Shown: positions 37,854-48,396 of the stretch, piece after piece
How the letters are laid out: each line of letters starts with the position of its first letter
Position numbering within the stretch: position 1 is the stretch's first letter
DNA from: Oscillospiraceae bacterium
GTDB taxonomy: Bacteria > Bacillota > Clostridia > Oscillospirales > QAMX01
Direction: 5' to 3'
Length of the DNA: 64,000 nt
NCBI GenBank assembly: GCA_015067715.1
Contig: SVLY01000006.1
Location: 3,679-67,678, forward strand
Position numbers and translations under genes: made by a program
Notes under the pieces: model-generated
What the model was told of the DNA's origin: nothing
What the model saw: only the letters and a program-made list of their open reading frames with translations
The model's database searches: none

Positions 37854-39680
37854 TCAGAGTGCCTTGTATTTCAGAATAAGGCTGTTTTTGGCCTTGGGAA
37901 TCGTAAGACAGATACCCTCGATCAGCTCGGCGCCGGAAAGGGTGAGCTTTGTTTCGGCAAAGACCTCGTCCACGACGGTGACGGAATAGGTCTTTTTGGG
38001 GTCAACGGCGGAAAGTGAGAAGGTCATCTGAGGGATATCGCTCTGCTCTCTTCTGAAGGCGTAGAGGGCGCCGCTGTCCTCAAGGGCCAGCTGGTAGGCG
38101 CTCCACACGGTCTCGTCAACGGTGGCAGGAGTGAGGGGGTAAAAATCTCCGTCCCAATAGGTGCGCATTTCGTCCACCTCTTTGAGCACCCTTCGCCCCT
38201 GTTCAAAGTCAAAGTCGGGGTCGAAAATATGGAAGTTTGCCGCCATGCCGTGGGTGGCGGTGGAGCGGACGGTGTAGGCGTCGATATCCCACACGGCGCA
38301 GTCGTGGTAGGGCAGGTAACGGGACAGGCCGAGAATCTGGTTGTGGTTCCAGACGGTGACACGGCGCTCTTCGTTTTCGGGGAAACAGCCGGTGTCGCTT
38401 CGCCAGAGGGTCACCGAGCGCATGGACGTTTCAAGGTCCAGTCTTCTGCCGCCGGAGGCGCAGTTGTCTATCCAGAGGTCTGGGAAGGCGGAGAGGATCT
38501 CGTCCCACATGGTGTAGAGACCCTCGATATATTTCAGCTCGGTAATGCCGACCCTTCCGGGCTTGTCGTTTTTGCGCCAGTAGGGCAGGGGATCAATGTT
38601 GAAATCCTGGCGGTAGATGTCGATTCCGTTGTTCCGGATCATGGAGATGAGAGTGTCCGTAAGGTATCGCCTGGCGGCAGGGTCGGAGAGGTTGTAGACT
38701 CTGGTGGGGTCATCGGGGGTGAGGGTCAGGAGTTTGTCGGTCTGGGGATAGAGGTCACTGCCCTCGTAGACCCGCTCGGGCTCAAACCACACCACGAATT
38801 TCATTCCCTTTTCGTGGACGTAGTCCGAAACAGGCTTCAGACCGTTTGGAAAGCCGGGGCTGAAGCGGAAATTGCCAACGCCGTGGGGGAAGCCCTTGTA
38901 AAACCATGCGGCGTCCAGCCAGAGGGTATCGATATACGAGAGATTAACTGCGGCATCGGCGGTCTTTATCTGACCGGCTTCGGTTGCCCACTTACCCTCA
39001 ACGGAGGAACCGTCCAGAGCCTGGAAATATCTGTCGAAGCACTGTATGGCTATGGGGAGTTTGAACTTGTCGCCAAGGCGTGTGTAGGGGGAGAAATCGC
39101 TTTTAACAGTTCGGCGGAAGGTGCGCAGGTTTTCGTCCCTCTCACAGCCGAAAACGGCCAGAACCGAAGGGAATCTGACAGCCTCGCCGGGCTCAAGGTA
39201 AAAATCGCAGTCTGCGACTCCGACGGAGACGTTTACACCGCCGGGAAGGGGAGTGATATCCTTTTTCCACTGGCCTGTCCAGCCAATGCCAAAGGCAACT
39301 GCGCCGCCCTCCCAGTCCAGGTCAAAATAGGGAAAGCCCGTTCTGTCAGAGGAGCGTCCGCCGGTGGGCTGTTCGGTATAGGCCTTTGTGAGCTCAAAGT
39401 CCAGGGGTAAAAAGCTCGTGGCTCCGCAATCGTCCCCCTGAAGGGTGTGGTAACAGAGGTTTTTCCCTGTGGAAAGAGTGAGATCCAGGGTTTTGGCATT
39501 GGTAACCCGGGGTGAGTTTTCGCTTCCGCAGTTTTTAAGGCGCAAAAGCGCAAACTGTGCTCTGGGAGATACGTTTTTGTGCTCTAAGGTGGCAACAAGT
39601 CCGCCCTCCAAAGCGTTCTCGCCGGGGAGAAGAGTGTACTTAGTACCGTTTACAACGATACTTCCGCAAAGCTTATCCAT
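37854..39680 (-). CDS. Alpha-galactosidase-like glycoside hydrolase (GH36)
   Basis: WLDAAW, FPNGLKP, WFEPERV, YRQDFN, CASGGRR and WRSD motifs. Confidence 0.85.
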   Translation of the reverse strand: MDKLCGSIVVNGTKYTLLPGENALEGGLVATLEHKNVSPRAQFALLRLKNCGSENSPRVTNAKTLDLTLSTGKNLCYHTLQGDDCGATSFLPLDFELTKAYTEQPTGGRSSDRTGFPYFDLDWEGGAVAFGIGWTGQWKKDITPLPGGVNVSVGVADCDFYLEPGEAVRFPSVLAVFGCERDENLRTFRRTVKSDFSPYTRLGDKFKLPIAIQCFDRYFQALDGSSVEGKWATEAGQIKTADAAVNLSYIDTLWLDAAWFYKGFPHGVGNFRFSPGFPNGLKPVSDYVHEKGMKFVVWFEPERVYEGSDLYPQTDKLLTLTPDDPTRVYNLSDPAARRYLTDTLISMIRNNGIDIYRQDFNIDPLPYWRKNDKPGRVGITELKYIEGLYTMWDEILSAFPDLWIDNCASGGRRLDLETSMRSVTLWRSDTGCFPENEERRVTVWNHNQILGLSRYLPYHDCAVWDIDAYTVRSTATHGMAANFHIFDPDFDFEQGRRVLKEVDEMRTYWDGDFYPLTPATVDETVWSAYQLALEDSGALYAFRREQSDIPQMTFSLSAVDPKKTYSVTVVDEVFAETKLTLSGAELIEGICLTIPKAKNSLILKYKAL

Positions 39681-39751
39681 AATTTTTATTACCTCACAGC
39701 AGGTACAGGTTTTTGTTTAGTATAGCACAGGCTGAAATGAAAGTAAAGCCG

Positions 39752-40789
39752 TTATTTTTCAAACACGGGGGAATAGGCTTCGTCAACGGAGTCTTTAACG
39801 GGCTCGATCCCGCCCACAAAGACCATTCTTTTGTCCCGGGTTATCAGTATGGCGCAAACGCCGTGCTCCCGGCAGAATTCAAGAGCATCTTCCTCGCCCA
39901 TAACGAACAGGGCTGTGGAAAGAGCGTCCGCTCTGATTCCGGAGGGGTCGACGACCGTTGCGGACAAAAGATCGCTCTCTGCCGGGTGGCCGGTTTTGGG
40001 GTCGAGAATATGGTGGTAGAGCTTTCCGTCGTGGGTGAAATACCGCTCGTAAGCCCCGGATGTGGAAACGCAGACGCTCTCCACCTGGATGACCGCGGCA
40101 AAACCGTCGGACAGGGGATCCCGAAGGGCGACCTTCCATTTTACCCCGCCGGGCTTAGTGCCCACGGCACAGACCATGCCCCCGAAGCTTCCAAAGGCGC
40201 TCTCCACCCCGTTTTCCCGGGCAAGGGCGGCAAATCTGTCTGCGGCATAGCCCTTGGCAATGCCCCCAAGGTCGATTTGAACTCCGTTCAGCTCAGGCTC
40301 ACCGGAAGGGGAAAAGCATATCTTGCCGTAACCGGCGCTCTCAAGTGCGAGAGAAATATCCTCCTCATCCGGCACTGTCGCCGCACCGCCGCCTCCAAAC
40401 CCCCAAAGCCGGGAAAGGGAAAGCAGAGTGGGGTCAAAGGCGCCCTGGGTCTCGCGGGAGACGGCAATTGCACGGGCAATAAGCTCGTCCAGCTCGGCGT
40501 CCCGGACGCTTTCGCCGCTGTTCAGACGGTAAAGGGAGCTTTTTTCACTGTGAGCAGAGCAGAGAGCCTCAAGTCGAACGGTCTCTTCGTTGGCAAGGGA
40601 TAGGAATTTTTCTCCGTTGTCCCCGTAGGCCTTGAGCTCAACGTAGGTGTCCATTGCAAGAAAGCCAAGCTCCGCGGGGGTTTGGGCTCCGCAGGCGGAA
40701 AGGAGCAAAAGCAGAGCCAAAAGAAAAACACATCTCACGCTCCCACCTCTGTGGGAGCGAAAGATGTGTTTGAGTTTGTTTCCGGACAT
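39752..40789 (-). CDS. apbE: FAD:protein FMN transferase (lipoprotein)
   Basis: LSAC lipobox, AMDT, DLGGIAKGY, STSGAYERY, HHILDP and ADALSTA motifs. Confidence 0.9.
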   Translation of the reverse strand: MSGNKLKHIFRSHRGGSVRCVFLLALLLLLSACGAQTPAELGFLAMDTYVELKAYGDNGEKFLSLANEETVRLEALCSAHSEKSSLYRLNSGESVRDAELDELIARAIAVSRETQGAFDPTLLSLSRLWGFGGGGAATVPDEEDISLALESAGYGKICFSPSGEPELNGVQIDLGGIAKGYAADRFAALARENGVESAFGSFGGMVCAVGTKPGGVKWKVALRDPLSDGFAAVIQVESVCVSTSGAYERYFTHDGKLYHHILDPKTGHPAESDLLSATVVDPSGIRADALSTALFVMGEEDALEFCREHGVCAILITRDKRMVFVGGIEPVKDSVDEAYSPVFEK

Positions 40790-40802
40790 AGGGTGATTCC
40801 CC

Positions 40803-41678
40803 CTATTTGTATTTATTCTTTTCCGCCTCCAGCATAGCCTCACGAAGCTTTATGTAGGATGTGTGGCGGGATTGGGCAACCTCGCCCCGGGAGATGGCGG
40901 CGGTAACCGCACAGCCCTCGTCGGTGCTGTGGCCGCAGTCCTTCCATCGGCAGTTGCAAAGGTGGGGTCGGAATTCCGGGAAGGTATTGGGAAGCTCTTC
41001 GTAGTCTGAAAAGCCCATTTCGATAACGTCAAAGGCGGAATAGCCCGGGGAGTCCGCAAGGTAGCCGCCGGAGGGAAGCCTGTGCAGGCGGATGCGCCTT
41101 GTGGTCTGCTTTCCCCGGCCGATCTTTTCGCTGAGCTCGCCAACGTCCTCTTCAACGCCAATGTCAAGGGCGTTGAGCAGGCTGGATTTTCCAACGCCGG
41201 AGTTGCCCGTGAGCAGGCATATTCCGTCGCCCAGAGCCGCTTTGAGCCGGTCGAGCCCTTCTCCGCTTACGGTGCTCACGGGGAAAACGTCGTAAAGGGG
41301 GGAGTAGAGCCTCACGAGTTCTTCGCCGGAGGCAAGGTCGGTTTTGTTTATGCAGATCATGGGGCGTATGCCCTTGTATTCTGCCAGAGCCGTGAGAGAG
41401 TCTATGAACTGCTCGGGGGTCTGGGGAGGAGCGGCAGATGCCACAATGAGCAGGCTGGTTATATTTGCCGCCGGAGGGCGGACAAGGTCGTTTTTCCGGG
41501 GCTCGATAGAGGCGATAACGTAGCCGCCCTGGGCCTTGTCCAAAAGCACCCTGTCCCCGGCGAGGGGCTGGATGCCGCTTTTGCGGAATTTGCCCCGGCA
41601 GCTGCAGTTTATGGAGCCGGTCTCTGTTTCGACCGTGAAGGAAGAACCGGAGACCGAAACAACAAGTCCCTCTACCAT
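40803..41678 (-). CDS. rsgA: Ribosome small subunit-dependent GTPase A
   Basis: NKTD, GNSGVGKS, DSPG motifs and a C-terminal Zn finger. Confidence 0.93.
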   Translation of the reverse strand: MVEGLVVSVSGSSFTVETETGSINCSCRGKFRKSGIQPLAGDRVLLDKAQGGYVIASIEPRKNDLVRPPAANITSLLIVASAAPPQTPEQFIDSLTALAEYKGIRPMICINKTDLASGEELVRLYSPLYDVFPVSTVSGEGLDRLKAALGDGICLLTGNSGVGKSSLLNALDIGVEEDVGELSEKIGRGKQTTRRIRLHRLPSGGYLADSPGYSAFDVIEMGFSDYEELPNTFPEFRPHLCNCRWKDCGHSTDEGCAVTAAISRGEVAQSRHTSYIKLREAMLEAEKNKYK

Positions 41679-43681
41679 CAGTTCACCTTGACGTACTGGG
41701 AGGTCCAGAACACGGAGTCAATATAGACCTCGATGAGCTTCACTCCGTAGCCGGCGACCTCAAGGGTGACGGCCTTTTCGCCCTTTTCCATGGTCTCTGC
41801 AAAGACTCTCACACCGTCGGCGTAGACCTCAAAGTAGAACCTGTCGGGGTAGTAGGAGGATGTGGGGAGCTCAACGGTGATATAGCCCGTGGTGGTGATA
41901 TCCGGGTCGTAGGTCCACTGACCCTGAGCGTAATAGTCGTTGCCGGAGGTGGTCTCCGCAGTGGTGGCCTCAATGCAGACCACCAGGTTGACGGAGGTTC
42001 CCTTGGGAACAAAATTGTTTGCCGGGGAGCTCTGGCTGATGACCGTGCCAACGTCGTGGTCCTCGCTTACGGCGTATTCAATGTCGCCGATGTTGAGGCC
42101 TGCGGCATAGAGCATGTTTCGCGCGTCGTCAAGGTTGCGGCCCATAAGATTGGGCACCTCAACGGTCTCAAGGTCGTTACCGGAGCTTATCTGGAAGATA
42201 ACGGTGGAGCCTTCAACAATGGTGTCTCCGGCAATGGGGGTGGTGCTTACGATATAGTATTTCTCCACTGAGGAGGAGGAGATGAACTCGAACTGAATGG
42301 TGACGGACTTGTCCATCAGAGCTTTAAGGTCGCTGTTGGCGGTGGTGTAAAGCCAGTTGTGGTAGTCCGGCATCTGGGCGGTGCGTGGGCCGAGGCTGAG
42401 AGTGAGCTTGATGGTACTGCCTTCCTTGGCGGTGCTTCCGCCGACCTTATCCTGGCGGATGATAACTCCCGCGTCGTGGGCGGCGCTGTATTCTTCGCCG
42501 TCGATAACGAAGTCAAAGTTCAGCGTCTCGTCGTTTACAACGCTGTCCCAGGTCCGTCCTACGAGGAAGGGCACGGGGACGTCGTCCGACCCGGCTTCGG
42601 GGCTGAGGATGGTGATCCACAGGGTGATGGCCACGGCGGCAAGGAGCATGAGCGCCGCAAGGGTGGCAACAATGGGGAAGAAGTTGATCTTCTTTCTCTC
42701 ACCGGAGATCTTTTCGGTCTTTTCCCTCTTGCGGGAGTGGGCCTTTTCGGCGGCGGCAAGGTTTGCCGCAGAGGAAACGCTGTAGGGCTCGAACTTGATC
42801 GTGTCCCCGTTGGTGCTGTGAACGTAGTTTCCCTTGGGAACGAAGCCCACGGGATCCTTGCGGAAGCCCTCGATCTCGTCGATCATCTCTCCGGCGTCGT
42901 GGTAGCGGGTGTTAAGATCGCCGCACATGGCCTTGAGGGTGATGATCTCCAAAGATTCGGGAATATTGGGGTTCACCTTTCCGGGAGGCTCGGGAACGGA
43001 GTTGATGTGCTGCATTGCAACTGCAAGGGGGCTGTCCCCGGTGAAGGGCAGGCGGCCGGTGAGCATTTCGTAGAGCATGACGCCGACGGAATAGATGTCC
43101 GCCCGGCCGTCGATATTCTCGCCCCGGGCCTGTTCGGGGGCAATATAGTGAACGGTGCCAAAGGCCGCGCCCTTTGTCTGGGTGATATCCTTTGCCTCCA
43201 TAACGCGGGCAATGCCAAAGTCCATCACCTTGACCGTGCCGTCGCGGAGGATCATGATGTTCTGAGGCTTGATGTCCCGGTGAACGATCTTTTTCAGATG
43301 GGCGTGCTCAAGGGCCTTGAGTATCTGCAGGGTGAAGTGCAGAGCCTCCTTGATGGAGAGTACCTCGCGCTGGTTGATATACTGCTTGAGGGTAATGCCG
43401 TCCACGATCTCCATGACGAAATACTCGTTCTGGGAGGAAGAGCTTACGTCGAAGACCTTGATTATATTGTTGTGGTTCAGCCTTGCCATGGCCTCGCTTT
43501 CGGCGTGGAATCTGCGGCGCAGATCCTCGTCGCTTCGGAGCTCCTCCTTGAGGACCTTGACGGCAACGAGCCTGTTGAGCTTGCGGTCCCGGGCGCGGTA
43601 GACAACGGCCATGCCGCCTGTGCCGATGACCTCGTCGATCTCGTATCTGTTATCTAAAACCTTGTTAAGATAGTTTTCCAT
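41678..43681 (-). CDS. pknB: PASTA-domain Ser/Thr kinase (Stk1/PrkC)
   Basis: IGTGGMA, HRDIKPQN and DFGIA motifs, TM segment, PASTA repeats. Confidence 0.93.
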   Translation of the reverse strand: MENYLNKVLDNRYEIDEVIGTGGMAVVYRARDRKLNRLVAVKVLKEELRSDEDLRRRFHAESEAMARLNHNNIIKVFDVSSSSQNEYFVMEIVDGITLKQYINQREVLSIKEALHFTLQILKALEHAHLKKIVHRDIKPQNIMILRDGTVKVMDFGIARVMEAKDITQTKGAAFGTVHYIAPEQARGENIDGRADIYSVGVMLYEMLTGRLPFTGDSPLAVAMQHINSVPEPPGKVNPNIPESLEIITLKAMCGDLNTRYHDAGEMIDEIEGFRKDPVGFVPKGNYVHSTNGDTIKFEPYSVSSAANLAAAEKAHSRKREKTEKISGERKKINFFPIVATLAALMLLAAVAITLWITILSPEAGSDDVPVPFLVGRTWDSVVNDETLNFDFVIDGEEYSAAHDAGVIIRQDKVGGSTAKEGSTIKLTLSLGPRTAQMPDYHNWLYTTANSDLKALMDKSVTIQFEFISSSSVEKYYIVSTTPIAGDTIVEGSTVIFQISSGNDLETVEVPNLMGRNLDDARNMLYAAGLNIGDIEYAVSEDHDVGTVISQSSPANNFVPKGTSVNLVVCIEATTAETTSGNDYYAQGQWTYDPDITTTGYITVELPTSSYYPDRFYFEVYADGVRVFAETMEKGEKAVTLEVAGYGVKLIEVYIDSVFWTSQYVKVN

Positions 43682-43695
43682 ATTTCCTCCGGTCT

Positions 43696-44430
43696 TCAGA
43701 ACACCAACAGTGTGACGGTGATATTGTCCGGACCGCCGCGGTCGTTTGCCATGGCCACAAGCCGTCTGACAGTTTCCTGGGGGGTCCGTCCGGACATGAC
43801 CTCTGCCATAAGGTCACTGTCCTCAACCATGTTGGAAAGTCCGTCCGTACAGAGCAGAAGCACGTCGCCCTTTTGGGGGCGAACCTCGTAAAACTGGGGT
43901 GAAATGCTCTTTTCCGTTCCAACGGCACGGGTGATGTAGTTTCGGGAGGGGTGATGCTTGGCTTCCTCGGGGGTGAGCTCGCCCCGGCGGAGCATCTCCT
44001 GGGCAACGGAGTGGTCGGTGGTTATCTGCATGACCCCGTCGCGGTTGATAAGGTAGGCTCTGCTGTCACCCACGTTCATAACGCAGACGTCGTTTTTATC
44101 TGCGCAGGCCGCAACAACGGTTGAGCCCATGCCGGAAAAAAGCTCGTCCTCAAGGGATTTGTCGTAGGTGTAGGTGTTGGCGGTGCGGATGGCCTCGTTC
44201 ATGATGGCCTTCATGTAGGAAATGCTCATTTTGGGGAGCATGCGCTTTTTGACCTCGGAGACGAAAATGGTGAGAGTCATGTCCGAGGCAACGTTGCCGG
44301 ACTTTGCACCGCCCATTCCGTCGCATACCACGCAGAGCGCCTGCTCGTCGCTGTGGATAACGTTGATATAATAGTTGTCCTGATTGTCTTTTCTTCGTTT
44401 ACCGGTATCGGTAAGTCCTGCGGCGATCAT
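43696..44430 (-). CDS. PP2C-type Ser/Thr phosphatase (Stp1/PrpC)
   Basis: NQD, DGMGG, NVGDSR, CTDGL and GGPDNIT motifs. Confidence 0.92.
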   Translation of the reverse strand: MIAAGLTDTGKRRKDNQDNYYINVIHSDEQALCVVCDGMGGAKSGNVASDMTLTIFVSEVKKRMLPKMSISYMKAIMNEAIRTANTYTYDKSLEDELFSGMGSTVVAACADKNDVCVMNVGDSRAYLINRDGVMQITTDHSVAQEMLRRGELTPEEAKHHPSRNYITRAVGTEKSISPQFYEVRPQKGDVLLLCTDGLSNMVEDSDLMAEVMSGRTPQETVRRLVAMANDRGGPDNITVTLLVF

Positions 44431-44469
44431 CGTTTATCGGTTCCCTTCTTTCTCTGTGTGGTCAGGGGT

Positions 44470-45518
44470 TCAATTTGCGCTTTTGCGCCTTCTCAGCTGG
44501 CCCAAGCCCCGTCTATGTCTTTGCCCAGCCTTCGGCGGAGGGTGACGTTGACGCGGCCTTTTTCCAGCGCTTCGGTAAAGGCGGCAAGGTCTGTGGGTGT
44601 GGAGGGGTGGAACGGGCTTTCTGCGATCTCGTTTAAGCGGATAAGGTTAACGTGGGCGTCCTTTCCTCTCAAAAGCCGCACAAGCTCTCTTGCGCAGGCG
44701 GGAGTGTCGTTAAGCCCGGCGATCATTGCGTATTCGTAGCTCACCCGGCGGCCGGTGGCCTTTTGGTAAGCGGTTGCGGTGTCGATAAGCTCCTGCACCT
44801 GCCAGCTTTTGTTCACGGGCATTATCTTCGTGCGGATATCGTCAAAGGGGGCGTGCAGGGAGACGGAAAGGGTTATGCCAAGCTGTTCCTTCTCCAGCAT
44901 TTTTATCTTCGGTACGAGGCCGCTGGTGGAAAGCGAGATATGTCTCTGACCGATATTGAAGCTCTCAGGAGAGGAGACCGTGCGGATGAAATGCACCGAG
45001 GCCTCGTAGTTGTCAAGAGGCTCTCCCGTGCCCATCATAACTACACCGTCCACACGCTGACCGGTCTCTTTCTGAGCCGCGGCGATCTCGCCCAGCATTT
45101 CCGATGGGTTCAGCCCCCGGAGAAGCCCGTCCAGCCCGGAGGCGCAAAAGGCACAGCCCATTCTGCAGCCCACCTGGGTGGAGATGCAAAGGGTGTTTCC
45201 GTGGTTGTAGCGCATGAACACCCCTTCAACGAAGCTTCCGTCCCCAAGGGCAAAGAGGTATTTCTCCGTTCCGTCGGATGAGACCTGCTTCGACGCCACC
45301 GTCACCTTGGGAACGGCAAAGCGCCTGGAAAGCTCATCCCGGAGGGTAAGGGGGAGGTTCGTAAGGTCGGGAATGTCCCGGCCGGAAAGAATTCCCTGCC
45401 TTATCTGTGAGATGCGGAATTTGGGCAGCTTCAGCTCCGCCAGAGCAGCTTCCAGCTCAGGTCCCGTCATGGAGAGAATATCCAGTTTTTGGGGGTCTCC
45501 GGGAACGGGCAGAAGCAT
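44470..45518 (-). pseudogene. rlmN: 23S rRNA (A2503) methyltransferase RlmN, frameshifted at the C-terminus (possible assembly error)
   Basis: CRMGCAFC and MGTGEP motifs. ORF ends DIDGAWAS*; restoring one base gives the conserved DIDGACGQLR. Confidence 0.8.
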
Positions 45519-45547
45519 TGTTTTCTCCTTGAATACTTGTTTTTTTC

Positions 45548-46861
45548 TCAGGCCTTGCGGCGGAGCTTTGAAATAAAGAAGCCGTCGGTGCCGTGAACGT
45601 GGGGGAGCAGGGTGAGGTATCCCTTTTCGGCGCGGAAGGGAGCTTCCATGTCTTCAAAGAGGGGCTCAAGGCAAAATTCGGGGTTGTTTTTCAAAAACTC
45701 AAAGAGCACGTCCTCGTTTTCCCGTCTGAGGACGGTGCAGGTGGAATAGACCACGGTTCCGCCGGGGCGGACGTAGGTGGAAAGGGCTGTGAGAAGCTTA
45801 AGCTGAAGAGCGGGAAGCTCTGCGGCCTCGGCAAGGTCGCGGTAGCGTATGTCCGGCTTTTTGCGGATTATGCCAAGCCCGGAGCAGGGAAGGTCTGCGA
45901 TGACCTTGTCCGCTCTGCCGGCAAGCGCCGGATCGGGGAGGGAAGCGTCGCGAATGGCGGTCTCCACACAGGTCACCCCAAGGCGTTTTGCGTTTTGCTC
46001 TATGAGCTCAAGCTTGTCTTCGTAGATGTCGAAGGCAAGGAGCTTCGCCTTGTTTTGGCTCAGCTCTGCGGCGCAGAGGGTCTTTCCGCCGGGAGCGGCG
46101 GCACCGTCGATTATAAGCTCTCCCGGTTGGGGGTCGAGAGCCTTCACCGCAAGCCAGGAGGATGCGTCCTGAACGCTGAAAAGTCCGGCGGAATACTCTG
46201 CCAGACCCGTGGGGCTCACGCCGCCAAGAGAGTTCAGCTTAAGGCAATCTCCGATCCATTTTTCGGCGCCGTATCCGGCAAGCTTTTGGCAGAGCTCATC
46301 TGCGTTTGTCCGAAGGGTGTTTGCCCGGAGGGTGACCGGGGGAATGCTGTTGTTTGCTTTCAGAAGAGCTTCAACGTCGGAAACGCTCCCGGAGAACAGG
46401 GACACAAGCTCTTCGGGATGGGAATAGGTCACGGAAAGCCGCTCGGTCTCCGTGGAAAACTCAAGGCTTTCACGGGGGTCTTCGGCAATGCGGCGGAGAA
46501 TGGCGTTCACCATTCCGGCGGCCTTGAAGTTTCCGGTTATCTTTGTGTGCTTGACTGCCTCGTTCACAGCGGCAGAGGAGGGGATCTTGTCGCAGAAGAT
46601 AAGCTGATACGCCCCGACCCGGAGAATATTTCTCACCTTGGGGTGGAGCTTCGAGAGCTTAAGCTTACAGTGCCGGGAAATTCTGCGGTCGAGGTATATC
46701 TTGTTCTGCAGAACGCCGTAATACAGGCGCGAGGCAAGGGCGGCGTCCCTGGGGTCAAGGTCGTAGCCCTGAAGAAAATCGTTGAGAAGGGCGTCGGAAT
46801 AGGCGCTTCGCCTTTCCTGTTCGCCCAGCGCGTTCACCGCGCAAAGTCTTGCGTCCGTCAT
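45548..46861 (-). CDS. rsmB: 16S rRNA m5C967 methyltransferase
   Basis: NusB-like N-terminus, VQD, AAPGGKT, DLPCSG and YSTCT motifs. Confidence 0.92.
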   Translation of the reverse strand: MTDARLCAVNALGEQERRSAYSDALLNDFLQGYDLDPRDAALASRLYYGVLQNKIYLDRRISRHCKLKLSKLHPKVRNILRVGAYQLIFCDKIPSSAAVNEAVKHTKITGNFKAAGMVNAILRRIAEDPRESLEFSTETERLSVTYSHPEELVSLFSGSVSDVEALLKANNSIPPVTLRANTLRTNADELCQKLAGYGAEKWIGDCLKLNSLGGVSPTGLAEYSAGLFSVQDASSWLAVKALDPQPGELIIDGAAAPGGKTLCAAELSQNKAKLLAFDIYEDKLELIEQNAKRLGVTCVETAIRDASLPDPALAGRADKVIADLPCSGLGIIRKKPDIRYRDLAEAAELPALQLKLLTALSTYVRPGGTVVYSTCTVLRRENEDVLFEFLKNNPEFCLEPLFEDMEAPFRAEKGYLTLLPHVHGTDGFFISKLRRKA

Positions 46862-47814
46862 CCCAGAATATCTCCTGCGGCGATCTGTCGGCCGTTGATA
46901 AGGTCGGCAACGGCGGTCTCCTTTTTACCCTCGGGAGAGAGGCGTAAAAGCTCAACGGCGCCCGCTCCGCAGATAACGGCGGCGGTCTTTTTGGTGGGGA
47001 AGAAGACCGTGCCGGGCTGGCCGGCGGGAACTTCGCCGGAAAAGAGCTTCATGGCGTTTATGCGAAGCTGTTTTCCGTTTCGGATAGTTGTGGCTCCGGG
47101 GTTGGGAGTGACGGCGCGGAAGGTGTTATAGACCGCACGGGCATCGGCTGAAAAATTCAACCTTGCCTCGGTCTTTTCGATCATTGCCGCGTGAGTGGCA
47201 AGAGCGTGGTCCTGGGGGGTGGCAGATGCCTCTCCGGCAAAGATGCTGTCAATGCCACGGGCAAGAAACTCTCTGCCAAGGTCTGCCAGACGTGCGGAAA
47301 GGTCGCCGTAGGTCTCGTCCGGGAGGATCTCGGTCTCCAGATCGGAAATAACGTCCCCCTCGTCCACGCCCAGAGAGAGGTATTGCAATGACAGGCCGGT
47401 GGTCTTATCCCCGTTCATAATGGCGCGCTGAATTGGGGCGGCGCCGCGGTAGCGGGGGAGAATGGAGCCGTGGAGGTTGATGCACCCGAGTCTGGGATAG
47501 TCCAGCACGTACTGGGGCAGAATTCTGCCGTATGCCACCACGACGATAAGGTCGGGACGGGTCTCGTCCAGAATATACTGCCCGGCGCCGTCCTTGAAGG
47601 TGGTGGGCTGGTAGATAAGGCTTTCGTCCACGCCGTGTTCAAGGGCGCAGGTCTTAACAGGGGGGAAGGTGAGCTTCATGCCCCTGTTTTTTGCGCTGTC
47701 CGGACGGCAGACGACGCCGGTTATATTGTAGCCGTTTTCAAGCAGATGGGCAAGCTGAACGGAGGCAAAGTCCGGTGTGCCCATGAAGAGAATACGGGGA
47801 GATTTATCGGTCAT
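46858..47814 (-). CDS. fmt: Methionyl-tRNA formyltransferase
   Basis: FMGTPDFA and NLHGSILPRYRGAAP motifs. Confidence 0.95.
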   Translation of the reverse strand: MTDKSPRILFMGTPDFASVQLAHLLENGYNITGVVCRPDSAKNRGMKLTFPPVKTCALEHGVDESLIYQPTTFKDGAGQYILDETRPDLIVVVAYGRILPQYVLDYPRLGCINLHGSILPRYRGAAPIQRAIMNGDKTTGLSLQYLSLGVDEGDVISDLETEILPDETYGDLSARLADLGREFLARGIDSIFAGEASATPQDHALATHAAMIEKTEARLNFSADARAVYNTFRAVTPNPGATTIRNGKQLRINAMKLFSGEVPAGQPGTVFFPTKKTAAVICGAGAVELLRLSPEGKKETAVADLINGRQIAAGDILG

Positions 47815-47859
47815 TGAGAAAAGAACGCCCCTTTCGGTGGTTTTTGGGGGAGAAAAAGC

Positions 47860-48366
47860 TTACTTCAGCTTGGCTTTTGCCTTTTTGGTCTGCTGTTCCC
47901 GGCGGACAGCCTCTTCGTCCAGGAATTCGTAGACCTTGGAATCGAAGAGAATACCGTCCAGGTGGTCGTTTTCGTGGACGAAGCACTCGGCGATAAGTCC
48001 GTCGGCGGAGTCCTCGAAAAACTCGCCGTGCTCGTCCTGGGCGCGGATCTTTACCCATGCGGGGCGCTTCACTCTGCCCCAGACGTCGGGCAGGCTGAGG
48101 CAACCCTCAACACAGTCCTGCTCACCGACGGTCTCAAGGATCTCGGGGTTGATATACTCTTTAAGCACGCCGTTGTTGTTGATAACGAAAATACGTCTCA
48201 CAGTTCCTATCTGGGGTGCGGCAAGGCCCACACCGTTTTCTTCAAGAAGGGTGGCTTTCATATCCTCGATAAGTCTGTGAAGACGGCGGTCAAACTTTGT
48301 AACGGGGTGGCAGACGGCGTTAAGGCACTCGTCCTCGCCCTTGACGATAACTTTTTTGACAGACAT
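47860..48366 (-). CDS. def: Peptide deformylase
   Basis: GVGLAAPQ, EGCLS and HENDHLDG motifs. Confidence 0.95.
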   Translation of the reverse strand: MSVKKVIVKGEDECLNAVCHPVTKFDRRLHRLIEDMKATLLEENGVGLAAPQIGTVRRIFVINNNGVLKEYINPEILETVGEQDCVEGCLSLPDVWGRVKRPAWVKIRAQDEHGEFFEDSADGLIAECFVHENDHLDGILFDSKVYEFLDEEAVRREQQTKKAKAKLK

Positions 48367-48396
48367 AGTATTTCCTTTCGAAACTTGCAAAATGCT

